Numbered from the stretch's first letter, positions 25,521-39,375 are shown. The stretch: 64,000 nt of DNA from Oopsacas minuta (GCA_024704765.1 JAKMXF010000277.1:475706-539705), one strand, 5' to 3'. Numbers and translations are program-made. Notes: generated by a model not told the origin, from the sequence alone.

Positions 25521-26820
25521 CAGGGTGTCTAATAAGTTCTGTTATACATTTTCGCGCCTTAGACAGTAGCTATTAATATACTTATGAAGTAATCTTCTAG
25601 AATTTCTTGTAGCATTTTTGGCGCTCTTTCAAATTATACCAAGTATATATCATTCAAGTTGATGATTTCCCAGAAAATCATGTTAGAAGAAATTCGTTCA
25701 AAAATTGTCACTTTTCACGAATCTGGATTTAGCAATAGTGAAATTCTAAAAAGGCTAAAAAATGATAAAGTGAATCCCATGTTGATCTATCGCACAATAA
25801 AACGATATATAGAGACTGGCAGCGTGTCCGACAGGAAACGAATTGGTCGTCCAAGATCCGCCCGCACACCAGCCTTGAAGAATAGTGTTAGATGTCGAAT
25901 CCTAAGAAATCCCTGGCGTTCAATGTGAAAAATGTCTCGTGAATTCTGTGTCAATCACGAAACGATGCGGAAATTGGTTGTAGAGGACCTAGGAATGAAG
26001 TCCTATAAGCGGAAAAACGTACACCATCTTAACGACTCCATACGTCGTAAGCGACTCGAAAGATGCATACAACTAAAAGCCCGATTCGCTCCTGGGACTG
26101 AAGATCAGATTCTCTTCTCAGATGAGAAGCTGTTCACCGTTGAGGAGGCAAGCAATCGTCAAAACGACCGTATACTTGCTTCTCGAAGTCAGGATATCCC
26201 AGATAGCATCAAGTACATTGATAGAGTCCAGAAGCCTCTTTCTCTGATGGTATGGGCGGGAGTGTCGGCAGACTCACGGACAAACCTGATTTTTGTCCCC
26301 CAAGGAGTGAAAATAAACTCCCAGACGTACAGAGAACTGGTCTTGGAGCCTGAAATTGCGTCTGCGGGTGAGAAGCTCTTTCAAAGCCATCCTTGGACTT
26401 ACCAACAAGACTCTGCGCTTGCACATGCTTCAAAAGTATCCCAGAGTTGGTTCCGTGAGCAAAATATCGATTTCATAAGTAAGGATGAATGGCCACCATC
26501 AAGCCCAGATTTAAACCCACTCGACTATTCTGTTTGGGCAGGGCCTGTGCGAAATCTCACAAGAGTTTGGAGTCCCTCAAAGTTAGTTTGTTGAGTGAAT
26601 GGCAGAAAATCCCACAGGAGGAGCTGCGAAAAGCTGTCCATCAGTTTCGGAGCAGACTAACTTCCGTAATTCATAAAAAGGGAGGCTATATTGAATGATA
26701 TTTGTAATTTGTAATTAGGAACATAAGTCCTAAGAAAATAAGGAAGTTTCATGGCTTTACAATGGATAAATTTGAAATTATTGGGGAATTGATATATAAC
26801 AGAACTTATTAGACACCCTG
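25521..26820 (+). mobile_element. Tc1/mariner DD37D (maT-type) transposon
   Basis: Perfect 26-bp TIRs CAGGGTGTCTAATAAGTTCTGTTATA with TA on both sides. Transposase 25659-26698 has FSDEK, QQDSALAH and WPPSSPDLNPLD, with 37 residues between the second and third D. One internal stop at 25926-25928 and one frameshift near 26540. Confidence 0.95.
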
Positions 26821-26923
26821 TATACCTGTGGAAGTTAAACAACATTCATCTTAACACGAATATGATACAGATGTGTCTAGAGCACTAACATTATTGATGA
26901 ATTAAATTGCCTAATTGAAATAC

Positions 26924-27083
26924 CTAGAACATACTCTTCATCATTAATACAAACTTTCTTATATCTGCGTCGCAACCTTTTCCAATCTACTTCAGTAGAA
27001 TTTTGAACTTCGAAACTATTCTTGTATTCTAATGTCGCATTAAGGATAAGATTTCCATCGAAGATATTATCTAGTCTACTCAT
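26924..27083 (-). CDS. PRUNE2: PRUNE2-like gene, coding exon 3 (160 nt): segment preceding the BCH domain
   Basis: Strong acceptor ttttcatttttctcttttag|ATG (phase 0) and donor CTAG|GTATTT (phase 1). RRRYKKVCINDEEYVL|DM aligns without gaps to the recalled BNIP2/PRUNE2 motif RLWRTVVIGEQEQRIDM. Confidence 0.8.
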
Positions 27084-28039
27084 CTAAAAGAGAAAAATGA
27101 AAATAATAAGCAAGGACACCCTTACAAGAAACAAGGGACTTGTAAACATTATTAATAAAGATGATTGAACATAGAGGGTGTTACTAATTAGCTCAATTAA
27201 TAATCAATAAGTAAATCGGGTTTCGAAGTAGACAATATTGGAGTAGAGCTGAGCGATCACAACACGAACTACATTAGTGTCATGTTCGTGTATCACTTTC
27301 AGTCCTTCCTGTCGAGTTAACATGAATTTGGAAACGACGCTCGGCTAAATAGTGGACAGAAATAGAGTAAATGAGAAACCGAATATTCACTAGTATACAA
27401 AGATTGTCAACACAATATTATCGATTTTTGACGGAAAATTAATGAAAATTTGGTGAAATAATAATGAATTTTATAGAAAAGAATGTTTTATTGTAAAAAG
27501 TAAAAACACTCTTTTTCTATAAATTAATGTAATTGATCATTTTTTGGGAAATACCGCTATTTTTCCCAACGTTTTTTTAAATTCACTTTTTCAATTATCC
27601 CACTCTCAGTTACAAATACATTACCCGGCCAAAAAGTATTGGAACATTATACCACTTGTGGCACACGGCGAGAATATATTGAAAGATTCAATGGATTTAG
27701 CAGAAAGTAGACCAATAGCTTGTTATCATATGTAGTTTATGATATATTAATGTCCAAAGTTGTTAGATATCATCTTTGCCTATAAGCTAAGGTGGGATGC
27801 CTTTGGTGTCAGGTGTCTATTCACAGTTAACTAGAGTTACAAATATCATGTAGTAACACGCATATACAACAAATATTATATTACTTAAGTATAACATCTA
27901 GATTATTTTATCTAAGTAATGGTTAAAGAAGCGAATAGAAAGTCAATTATAGATGTTTGTGAATTGCATGGTCTACAACATTTTGATCTTGATGGATCTC
28001 CAGACTGACAACATCGCTCACAGAGTATAGATCTCTGAT

Positions 28040-29175
28040 TGCTCACTGAAACAGGATCACTTTGTGAGGCTAATCATACAAAAATATCTATAATAATAAT
28101 TTCGTAACTATCTTTCCGAGCAAAAGTTTCTCAATATTCTCTTACTAACTTGTTACATTCTTCTGACCCTTCCAGAGAATTCTGTTAAGCAAAATCCAGA
28201 ATTAGATTCACGTAACAATTCCTCGAAGTGAGCTAATAATTTATGTAGAGTTGTTGTGATGCTCACCCAGGGAAATGTATCTAAAATCAATAAATAGGTG
28301 TCTTTGCATATTCTACCCAACTCCACTGTGTTCACTCTTCTACTGGAATTAGACACTCTGAGCATAGTAGCATGTTTAGCATGTATCTTGGCTATAGCTG
28401 ATCGATGGGGAATTACAATCGTAGAAAGAAACACTCCAAGAAACCAGTTTCATTATAAATGCCATCTGAGCTACGTTCCCTGTAGAGGTTGTTCCACCAC
28501 CTGGCTCAGGTTGATGAACTTTCAAACCTGCCTTTCTTGAATTGGAGTTTGAAGAAATTTTATAGACTGTTTGATCGGGGGAGAAGTTGGAGACCAGCTG
28601 AACTTTTTGATATGAAGGTGATAGACCAACAAATACAACTACCGAAAGATGCAAGTTTACGAATGTAGTGGAGTGGCTGATTTATGTCTATTGTAGAAAT
28701 AGGTTTGTCAGTCAAGTCGAAACGCACAGCATTCGAATGTACAAAAATGGAATCTGTATCTTCAAAATGTGAGAAAATTGTTTAGCGTCAGTTATGGTTC
28801 TGTCGATAAAATTACTGACACTAAATAATTTTTACGGGCCTCTGGGAGAATGGAGAATTAGGAGAGTTATTTAGCCAAACAACTGTAGAACCATCTAGGC
28901 CATCAGCAATTCTAAATGTTAATCGGAATTTTCACTAGCAGGGAGATTTACAGTTGATAATATTCTCTCAGAAGTTTGTGAACTTGAAGGAAGCTCGAAG
29001 TACATACATCAATTGGCTTAAGTGGGTCTGGAACAGGTTTATAGATGGCCGGGAGATCAAATTGTTTCTCAGTTCTGCTGCATATCTATTTGCTGGGAAG
29101 ACGATATTTTCTGGAATCATAGTTTGGCGAAATTGTGTATAAATTATTCTGCCTACTCCAACTAAATCGACCACA
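28040..29175 (-). pseudogene. Transib/RAG1-like transposase fossil
   Basis: Motifs across frames: GVGRIIYTQFRQTM..VFPA, FRIADGLDGS (~28890-28925), GTTSTGNVA, TTLHKLLAH, NKLVREY.ETFARKDS..SQSDP. These parallel Transib GFDG / GNT.RRF / HK.L.H / NK..R and RAG1 HKTLAH..GNKLFR. No TIRs identified. Confidence 0.7.
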
Positions 29176-30560
29176 AATAATGCTTTATCTAGTGGAACAG
29201 AGTGAAATAGTACACAAATAAATACTGACGAAAGATGTGTCTACAAATTTTTACAATAAGCATCTGTAAATATCGTTCAGTTACTGAGTGCACATAGCAA
29301 AGTGTGATTATAGTTGCCTAACAAAAGTAGAGAATGGAAAGTGAGTGGATATTAAGTGTTGCGTATCGAAGAGAATCAAATATTACAATATTTGTATACT
29401 TTCCATAATAGTTTAACCAGAAAAATTTTCTAAGCTATAGATTACTTTGTGTTTTTGCGGGCAATAACAATTTTAAAAGAAAATTTAGTAATGATAACTT
29501 TAGTCCAGCGAGTCCCAAATTTAGATCGCTATCGGGCGAATTGTTAACACTGGTAATCTATCCATACAAATTTTTGGCATACAAGGGTATTTTGAGTCTG
29601 GCTCGGACAAGTTGGAGTCTTGGACGAAAATTCACAACTTTGACGAAATTATAACATCATTATCACCTCTTTGGATATTCTAAAATTACTATATTCGCCA
29701 CTGTTCAGCAAATATACATGTGAGATGGTTGAAATTTGAAAAACAGGGATACCTCAAGGTGCCAAATGTCCTGACTACATTATTTTGACCAAATGAAAAA
29801 TCATCATGGAATTGGTACGTCATCATGACTGTACATTGAAGCCAAAATTTCCGAATTTTGTGTTTTTTGAAAATTTCATAATACTGGAGGCACAAAGTGT
29901 CCAGGGGCTAACCAAAACCACATGACAACTCCAGTATTACCACAGAGGTCTTTAAATGGAATTTGGATGGTCCATGGATACTAACAAATAAAAATTTCTA
30001 AAATTTTAACCTCGAAGTATGTAGTGATCCCGTCACGTAGCAACCCAAAAGTACTGAGAAATTAGCTGTATATAATATATCTATATACACTACCTTAACA
30101 AAAGTAAGCGTACTCCCAAATATCCCATTGAAAATAGTATTATATTAGATCTAATGATCTGCCCTAATGTATTCACATTGTATGAGATATGGCAATTTTG
30201 AATCCTATTTTACTCATCCGAATTATATATGGAGGAATCTTCAATTAAATTAGATATCGAATTGTTTGAAAATAATCATGTCACTGTTTACGACTTTTTC
30301 AATATCACCCTAGTATAAGATGGGAACAAGTTCCGAAAAATGGCAATATTTGATAATTCCTAAGATGTAGCTAAGAGGTTGAGTGTTCTGCAATGGACAT
30401 TCTAATTCTGTAGAATAAGAATCTGAAATCAAAAGTGCAATATGCGATATATATTGAATTCTTGGCTGCTAAATATTTGACCTGTATTTTAAATGGATTT
30501 TTTAGACTGTTCGAACACTTTGGTAAGGAAATATATATATATCAAATAACATATATATGT

Positions 30561-30708
30561 AGCTAAACTATACTATAGTACAGTTTTGGTGAATTAGCTT
30601 TTCTATCTTCGAGGAAAGGTGATTTTTAGGCCTGATGAAAGTCACCTTTTTGGAATGTGGGTATAGAGATTTTGTATTACAAAAACTGTACTCTACTATA
30701 GCTCAGCT
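30561..30708. mobile_element. small MITE
   Basis: Imperfect TIRs AGCT..CTATA.TA.AGTACAGTTTT and an internal hairpin GGTGAYTTT/AAAGTCACC. Confidence 0.5.
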
Positions 30709-30717
30709 ATATATAAG

Positions 30718-33525
30718 CAGGGGCGTAGACAACATTTTTAGTTTGGGGGGGCTAACCCTCTGAGGTGTCACTATGGGATTTGACCAAAGTATAAATCAGT
30801 GGCATCAATTTGAATTAATTTGAACCGATGCTATAATCATATTTTCGCAGCTTTGTTTTACCATAGTGATGGTTTTACTTTCTAGGTTTCATTCAAAATG
30901 AGAATACTTTTTGGTGCTATAGTTAGATTTGAATAATTTTGAGGTTCATAAATTTCCGGCATACTATTTCTACGAATCTATCGAATATTGTTATATATTT
31001 AACACATCTCTGGTTTTTATTACTGGGCTTCATTCCACTTTGTATTTATATGTGTTTGTGATTAAATATTTAAAATTGTTAGCATTCATAATACGTTTAG
31101 ATATGGCCCTAGCTCGATGGCTCGTTCAAAAAGCTCAGTCAGGATCAGGAGAGACTGATAAAGATTCAAGTTTGCTTCCAAGATAATGAACAAATGCAAT
31201 TGTTGAGAACAGAAGGTGAATCCTCTAACGAAATTCAGTTAACACATCGAACCAGACAACCAGACATCCATATACCCCAAATGCCTCCCAACCAATCCTT
31301 TCATTCCCACTACGAACCTTTGGTAAACAACAGAGAGGATTTAACCTTTCATGATATAAAACATTCCCCTGGTTGCATTATCAAGAAGGTAGCGATAGTG
31401 TATTGTGTTTTTACTGCTTGGTGGCAGATAAACATGGTTTAAAGATATCAGGGTACATGGATGAAATGTTCACAAGCACTGGATTCAGCAATTGGAAAAA
31501 AGCAATAGAAAAATTCTAAAAACATCAAAGTTCAAAATCTCATCGTGAAGCTGTTGACCTTGTAATAACAATACCAAGCACAACCAAAGATGTTGGTGAA
31601 ATGTTGAACAAAAGTCATGCAGAGCAAAAGGATGAGAACAGACAAGTGCTGTTTAAAATTTTCAGCAGCGTTCGTTACCTTAATAGGCAAGGCATTGCTT
31701 TTCGTGGTCGATGGAAAACTGATGACCCTGAATTATTGAATGGTGAGTCAGACTCGAACTTTATACAGCTACTTAGAATACGAGCTGAAGACAATCCAAA
31801 TCTATTGAAGTGGCTTGACAAGTGTCAAGACAAATTTACTAGTCCAGACATACAAAATGAAATCCTCAAGCTGATGTCATTAAGGATATTGAGGGATATT
31901 GTACAACAGATTTCAGGGAAAATGTATACCATAATGGTTGATGAAACAACCGATCTGTCAAACACTGAACAAATGGTATTGTGCCTGCGTCACATTGATG
32001 ATGACTTAAATGTTCATGAAGAGCTCATTGGTCTCTACAGTTTGGAATCAACTTCTGCTGACAATATAATGTTGACAATTCAGGACATACTGTTGCGCTT
32101 GAATTTATCTATCAATAATTGCCGTGGTCAATGCTACGATGGAGCCAGCAACATGTCTGGAATACGATCAGGAGTTGCCACTAAAGTATCTTCTTTAGAA
32201 CCTCGAGCACTCTATACCCATTGTTATGGGCATGCATTGAACCTTGCTATTCAGGATGGAATTAAGGGCACAAAAGTTATGGAGGATACATTGAGTACAG
32301 TATATGAGATTACAAAACTAATTAAGAAATCGCCTAAAAGAGATGCAATCTTTAGCAAGTTAAAAGATGAAATTTCAGAGTGCTCTCTCGGGATTAGAAT
32401 ACTATGTCCAACACGATGGACAGTAAGGGCTGAAGCGTTTAGTTCCATCTCAGAGAATTATCACGTACTACAATTGACTTGGAATATAGCAAAAGATGCA
32501 ACAAAAGATACTGAATTAAAAGCTAGGATTGGAGGAGTTGCAGCACACATGGAAAAATTTGAATTCTTTTTTGGAGTTGAACTAGGACGAAAAATCTTAA
32601 ACATGACCGATAATTTGTCTCGGTCATTGCAAACTAAAACGATATCAGCACATGAAGGACAAACCCTTGTGAAGATAACGCTTTCTACACTCCTGAAAAT
32701 GAGAACTGAGATTAACTTCAATTTGTTTTGGAAGTATGTAGAATGTAGAAGATCATCAATCGAGGTTTCTTCTCCGGCACTCCCCAGAAAAAGGAAAATT
32801 CCCCGAAGATATGAAACAGATGGAAATACTACAGAGTACCCAACTAGTGTTGAGGAACGTTATAGAAAAATTTATTTTCAAATAATTGATCTAACTATGG
32901 CAGCTATCAAGGACAGATTTGATCAGAAAGGATTCCAGATGCTCTAAAATTTAGAAACAGCCCTGACTAGTTCAGAAAACGCCAGTGATTCAGATTTGAT
33001 TGGTTCTATAATCGCATTCTACGGAGATGACTTTACCCATGCAGACCGTCTTCAAATGCAGTTGAAACTCTTGCATTGCAGTGGAGCAGCTTTGACGGAT
33101 TTGCCATCAATAATAACTTATCTCAAATCTTTGAATAGTACAGAAAATCTTTCTTCTCAGAGGTAATCAAAATAGTGAAATTAATTCTTGTGATCCCAGC
33201 AACTAATGCCATAAGTGAAAGAAGTTTCAGTGCAGTCCGCAGACTTAAGACCTGGCTGCGTACAACTACATGCCAAGCACGATTGAATTGGTGCTTGTTA
33301 CTTCATGTGCACAAACAAAGAACGGACGGTTTACCATTAAAAGAATTAGTAAATGAATTTGTTACTTGTAATGAGAGTAGGATGCGTTTGTTTGGAAGAT
33401 ATCCAGAATAACTTCATGAATTATTAATAAAGCATAATTTCACATATGTTTTCAAGAATTTTCGGGAATTGATGAGGCAAAATTTGGGGGCCTAAGCCCC
33501 AAGCCCCCCCTTGTCTACGGCTATG
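30718..33525 (+). mobile_element. hAT element with ZMYM1-like (DUF4371 + hATC) transposase pseudogene
   Basis: Termini CAGGGGCGTAGACAA / TTGTCTACGGCTATG. ORF 31601-32947 has FRG, KFTSPDIQNEI, MVDETTD, QCYDGASNMSG, HCYGHALNL and CPTRW; 33175-33411 has PATNAISERSFS. Premature stops. Only a 5-bp flanking repeat (ATAAG) is visible. Confidence 0.92.
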
Positions 33526-36511
33526 ATAAGGAATCTGTATATATATTTGCTAAGGGAGTGTACATGATGTGTGTTAGGAATTGATTGAAGAAACCGGCGG
33601 GCCCCCAGGGATGATTCTTGGCATACAGAGGTATTTTGTGCCTGGTTCCAACAAGTTTAAGTTTGGGACGAAATTAGGCCGTTATAGTCACATTTCTGGA
33701 TTATAGAAAATCACAGTATTAGCTACTGCTCGGTAAATGTTAGATGTCAGTACCCCCACAATATACCACACGTTCTAACGTCATTTTGGCCAAAGGCTAA
33801 CTCATCATGGGATTATTACGTCACCATGACTAAAAGAAATCAAAATTTCCCGAATTTCAATATTTCAGTCAATTTCATAATACTTTAGCACTAAGTGCCC
33901 ATATTACCATACCAAAAGCCACGTAGCAGCTCCAGTATTACCACAGAAGGCCATTAAATGCAATTTGTATGGATAATGGATAATATAAACCGACATGGAT
34001 TATAATGTGCGAAATTAGTTTATGTGCGAATGGATCAGCTGATTAACAACATAACATTACTGGCGGCCTCTTTATAGATCCAAAACATCCAACATACTTG
34101 ACCACCAAATTTTCCTTGAAATCATGTACGTATATCATCGAGGGCCCTAGGCGAAGGGATCCTGAAATTACAGGAAAATTTGATTATTTGAGGTTGTTAA
34201 ACACTTTTAAGGTGTCTTCTGGAGTATCAGTCCATTTTGAATGAAAATCTTAGGAAATATAGTTTGAGTGTGTACTCATGTTGATACTTTTGGGCAATGG
34301 TCATTTTGACATAGGCAGAGATCCAAATTTAATGTGTTGTTATTTATTAATATCATAGAAATTTAGATATACACGTAGTGCATGTATTGCCTGCCTCTTC
34401 TCAAACTATAAATTTTCATTCATATCAAAATCACTAGATGTTCATTATTTAACCAGCTTTCTCTTTACCTCCAATCAACAAATAGAAATTGGCATATAAA
34501 TTGACATGACTTAATCGTGAATATCCTATATATGGTCATTTTCAAGGTTTGCGCGGTAATATTTAGAGCTATCATACCAAAATGTATTACAAGGGTATGG
34601 GAAGTAGAATATGGACTATATAATGGCAGAACTGATTAGACTATAATTTATACGGTTACCGAGTTATAAGTGGATATAAACAAAATTGGCCATCCATGGT
34701 CCTTACTATAACTCAGGAACGTGCCAAATTATCATGTGAAATTTATTCAAGCAAAATGCTCCGTTTCTGCAGTATAGAAATCACTTGTCATTTGATATAT
34801 CGGATAACGTATCCGTAGTCAAAATCTACAAGTTACTGTTAGGACTTCTGTATAGCAGGCTATAAGCTCTCCCATTCTTTGAAATCATGATTACCTTGAT
34901 CAAAAGTATACCCTTCTCGGTTACCAAGGCGGGTACTCGCTTAATGAATACACGGCATTCCACCGTGTTGGGGATTCTCTACCTACTCTCAGGACTTGAA
35001 TAGATGCATGGGGTTTATTGACCAAGATCACAAGAGCCATATTTAGCGGTGCCTTGGCCATTTCAGAAGCACTAACTAAACCGGAGAAAAAGTCAATCTG
35101 GTTATCAGGCTACTAATCCTGCCTATCATAACTTGACTACTATCGAGAGGTGGATCCAACTCCCTTAGTATCTCAAATGCTTCACCTAGGGTTTTATCAC
35201 TGAGTGTTGCAATATGGGTAATGACCTTCACCTCAGCCTGTCTGCGGTACACATACGCGACATTAAGTCACAATTATTTCAACAATCCATTATCAGTATG
35301 GCTAATGAATTTGGAAACTTGGCGATTTGTTTATTGCAAAGTGGACAAGTTATATCCGAATGGCAATTACATATCAAGGCTGCAGTTACACCACTACTAG
35401 CTCACAAATGGAGAAAACCAGCTATCAGATTATTGCCTCACAAGGTAGCTAACAGAAGTTTAATTAATGCAATAATACAGTGCAAACAAGTAACAATCAA
35501 TACTGAACGGAACACGCAACAACATATAAACTTAACACTTGCCTAGAGTAGTTCGCGCTATAATTACACACTACATTAATCACTACATGTGCAATGAATT
35601 TCCAGTTGCCTTCCCGTTAGTGCAAAGGCTACATTACATTACATTACATTACACGACGTTTGTATAAAGATGTATTTGCTGCTTACATGTCGTTTAGCGC
35701 ACTATTTGGGTTTGATGTTGAGGGTATTTCGTTTGGTTAAGATATGAAAACCCTGAATGGTTTTCAACGACATTTAAGGGCACTATTTAGATTATTGTTG
35801 AGGCCTACTTACCTATGATGAGTGGATAGGGAGTCTTGGATATAGCTCAGTACACAATTGTCGCTGTATATAAAAGTATCCATCCGATAAAAACCCTAGT
35901 GAGTGCATTAATTATTTTTAGAATGCTTGTCAAATTCTCAATGCAATATGACAAATTACACGTAAATGTAATTAACATTTTTAGAAATTGGTGAACTTGT
36001 AATGGCTAATGATGTAGTGTTTAGTTATTAATTCAATGTATCTGTCCATATTCTAATTGAAAAAATTCGATTGGATGCTCATCAATCGCATTCCAGAGTT
36101 TTAAGGGAAAGGCTGAATAAATTTGTAAACGTGTAAATTCGATCTACATGCTCTAATACCCTATATAACCAATAAAACGAAATCAGAACATTTGGAATTA
36201 GTTTATGAAAAGTTGTGAAAATTTAATTAATCAAATTATAACTGATGCAGAATCGATAGTGGAACTGGTATGCTCTGATAGTGTCCGAATTGGAATCTAC
36301 ACTAAATTAACCGTGACAACGTGTTCACATAGAAGGTGCGGAAAATTCACAAACCAATGCAACTTCCACTCTCAATATGTATATATGTGAACCAATTTTG
36401 ATGTTAATCAGATTGCTTGATCCCCCGCAGATTGATGTACGGATTTCGCGAAAGATTCATCTATAAGGGTATCTGTCTTTTAAAATGACAATAATTTACA
36501 TAAACTAATAC

Positions 36512-36823
36512 CTTGTCAGAAGTGGTCAAGTTGGAATTTCTAGAATAATCTGATGAAATAGGATGAGTCCGCGGTGTAGTAGCTAAGTAACTTTGCTCTG
36601 ATTGTAATGAATTAGTTTGATGACGAGAATTGAGCATGTCAATTTTTGAAATGATAACAGATCGTTCGTCAGTCAAAGCCCCGCTGTGTACAAGATTCCT
36701 TGCGGAAGAAAACTTCTTTATCTCAAATGATTCAGATATAAGAATATCAATATCGTGAACTGATTTAGAAACTAATCTATTAAGTTCAGATAGAGTAAAA
36801 GATTTGTTCACCTGATCAAATAC
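36512..36823 (-). CDS. PRUNE2: PRUNE2-like gene, coding exon 2 (104 codons): end of DHHA2 plus Ser/Thr-rich linker
   Basis: Acceptor ttcatag|GTATTT and donor AAG|GTATTA, phase 0/0, open frame. The spliced junction reads IIQ|VFDQVNKSFTLSELNRLV, which aligns without gaps to recalled PRUNE2 ILVYQQEDPSVTCDQVVLVV and PRUNE1 HAYLQGNTQVSRKKLLPLL. Confidence 0.65.
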
Positions 36824-36869
36824 CTATGAATATATGAAAGTAACACTTGTCTGGGTAGATATATAAGTG

Positions 36870-36902
<33 letters not shown>
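36870..36902. repeat. (TAA)n microsatellite
   Basis: About 11 perfect units, ~46 bp upstream of the exon-2 acceptor on the gene strand. Confidence 0.95.
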
Positions 36903-37842
36903 GAATCAAGATTGGTGTCAAATAATAATTGGAATTGGGGAAAATATATCAAGAAATGAACTCCTATTACAATATTTCAAAAGACTCCTTGTAGTCAGGA
37001 CTATTAGCATCGAATTTGTTGGTTATCGAAACAAGTCGAGAAAAATTCACCAAGATTGGTACAAAATTGTACTAGGGTATGATAAACTTTTTAGAGGGTG
37101 AGCCGCTTCATCGAAGTTCAGAAGTGCAATGCACACTCAGTTTTATGTGCCACTTTTGGATACAATTAGAAGGAGAAGAAGATAGCAGCCAATTCAAACT
37201 ATATTCAATCAATTATTTTACTGAGTTCCCATATAGCTAGAAAAAAATTACTCGAAAGTATGGTGTTAGTGGATCACGAAAATGTCATCAGAATTGAAAT
37301 ATATGGGATGACTTAGCATTAAGGCTTTGCAAATTTCCAAACGTGTTAACTATAATGTGTATTTGACAGGCTTCTCTATATTTTTTTGATATAAGTTTTC
37401 CTCTACATACTATTGAGGATTGGTGGATTATGTGTTTAAAAGTCTCTCGTAAAAATATTTTATTTTGAAACATTAAACGAAGAAGTTAGCTGACTATTCG
37501 ACAAGGACTACTTCAATCACTAATTTAACTCACTTATACTCATCAGATTAAACGAAATTAGTATCAATGGAAAGAGGAGAGTGGGACGTTTCACACAATA
37601 TGTTTTGATATAAATAATCTTACTTTTAGTGACATTTTTTGATAAAATTTTAGGGCCATGACTCCCTTGAATTTACCCATCAAAAAGTCAGAATTCGATT
37701 CTGAAATTCAATATGCACACTTTGGTTATATGGACGTTTATGCAAATTTAATTTCACCAAAATATTAACAACTCGCGGAGCTATCGGAATTCAAATTTTA
37801 AGTCGTGAATGAGAGTGGTAGGGGATAAATCATATTCTATAT

Positions 37843-38960
37843 CAGGCTTGTCCAACCTACGGCCCGCGAGAGGATTCTATCCGGCCCGCCAACATGCTCG
37901 GGAACTGTTACCAGTTGGTGCGATATTTAATTGAGTGAAACCTATTTGAGCGAACTCAATCAAGAGAAACCCAATATGACGAAACCAAATTGAATGAAAC
38001 CATTTTCAGAAAACAGTAATCTCAATAACTTAAAAATCCTTAAATAACTTTTTAATATAGTTTTGATCGAGTAATTATCTGTCACATAACTGGGTTTCTC
38101 TCAACTGGACACCTCATATAAATTCCAAATAATAAACCATCTTAAACAATATTAAAATAACTACAAAACAAATATATCAACTCCCGTGATTAAAGCAAAG
38201 AAAAGGAAAATTGATAGTGAATGTCAAGTTTTCAAATTCTCATGGACATTAGATTTTTCGTCGTAGAACACAACGAATACATATTATGCTTGATATGTCA
38301 GGAGAAGATAGCTGTATTCAAAGAGTCTAATATCAAATGACATTACTCTACTAAACATGCAGATACATTTAACACGCTTACAGGTCAGGTGAGAATCGAT
38401 CGGGTGAACCTGTTGAAGGATAGCATCAACAGTCTACAATCTTTCTTCAAAGCCGTTAAATTAAGGTCTGAGACAGCAACAAAGATCAGCTTTCTGATAA
38501 CAGAAGCGATAGCCAAGAGTAGGAAACCATTGTCTGAAGGGGAATTTGTAAAAGACTGCTTAGACATATTTGCATCTGTGGTATGCCCAGATAAGAGGTC
38601 GATAGTAGAGAGCATCAGTCTGTCACATCAAAATGTTGCTAGAAGAGTAGATGATCACTCCTGACAGACACTCATCTATCAGGAATATTACGGATTGCGA
38701 CATCAAGTATACGAGCAGATATTGACTCTTTATGTAAACAAAAACAAAGTCAGATATCCCATTAGATATGTTCTTTATCATTAAAGTTTGCTATAATTTA
38801 ATAAAACATGTAGTGATTTTTCAATTCTGAAATAATCCCTATCAACGCCATCCCCAAATAAATAACATCATGCTACCTTGATATATCCAATGTAGTGCGG
38901 CCTTCAAGTAGTTAAAGAAGCCCTTATTTGGCCGGCGAACAAAAAGGTTGGACAAGCCTG
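37843..38960 (+). mobile_element. Charlie/SPIN-like (Buster group) hAT internal-deletion derivative
   Basis: TIR CAGGCTTGTCCAACCT and perfect 8-bp TSD TTCTATAT. GTF2IRD2-like N-terminal remnant (CLICQE..KESNI; KSRKPLSEGEFVKDCL..ISLSHQNVARR). Confidence 0.93.
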
Positions 38961-39375
38961 TTCTATATGAAGTAGTGTCAGTTCAAACCAATTTTTCTTT
39001 CCCTAAATCAGCCTGAATTTCAATTATATTTATGCTAATCGAAGGTTGAGATATTGACGTTTCTGACAATATCGATATTTTCGTGAATCACTATAAATTA
39101 TCACAAGCAACGGCCTGCAAAAATCCATAAATTCTCAGATTTTTTGAGTACTAGGAATTCTAACAACTATTGAAGTCATTTCTTATCAGGACCCTTTTAA
39201 AATGAGGTATTAAAAACTACTTTGAGCATGCTCAGTTGCCACTTTCCGCATAAAAATAGATGCATATGAGCTTGTATGGGAAAGTATTTCACATGATGGC
39301 CTGATGGTATATGTTAAGATAAAAACACAAACATTGTATTTTCTAAAGTAGCTATATTTATTGAACACTCTACAA

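Noticed and set aside
30605-30655. CTGATGA as a possible hammerhead ribozyme core
   Set aside because: There is no stem II followed by GAAA in the right geometry; it is just a loop within a MITE hairpin.
36030-36145. FPLKLWNAID segment resembling the start of an HSF DNA-binding domain
   Set aside because: It is only a ~36-codon frame and the rest of the HSF motif is absent. Likely chance.
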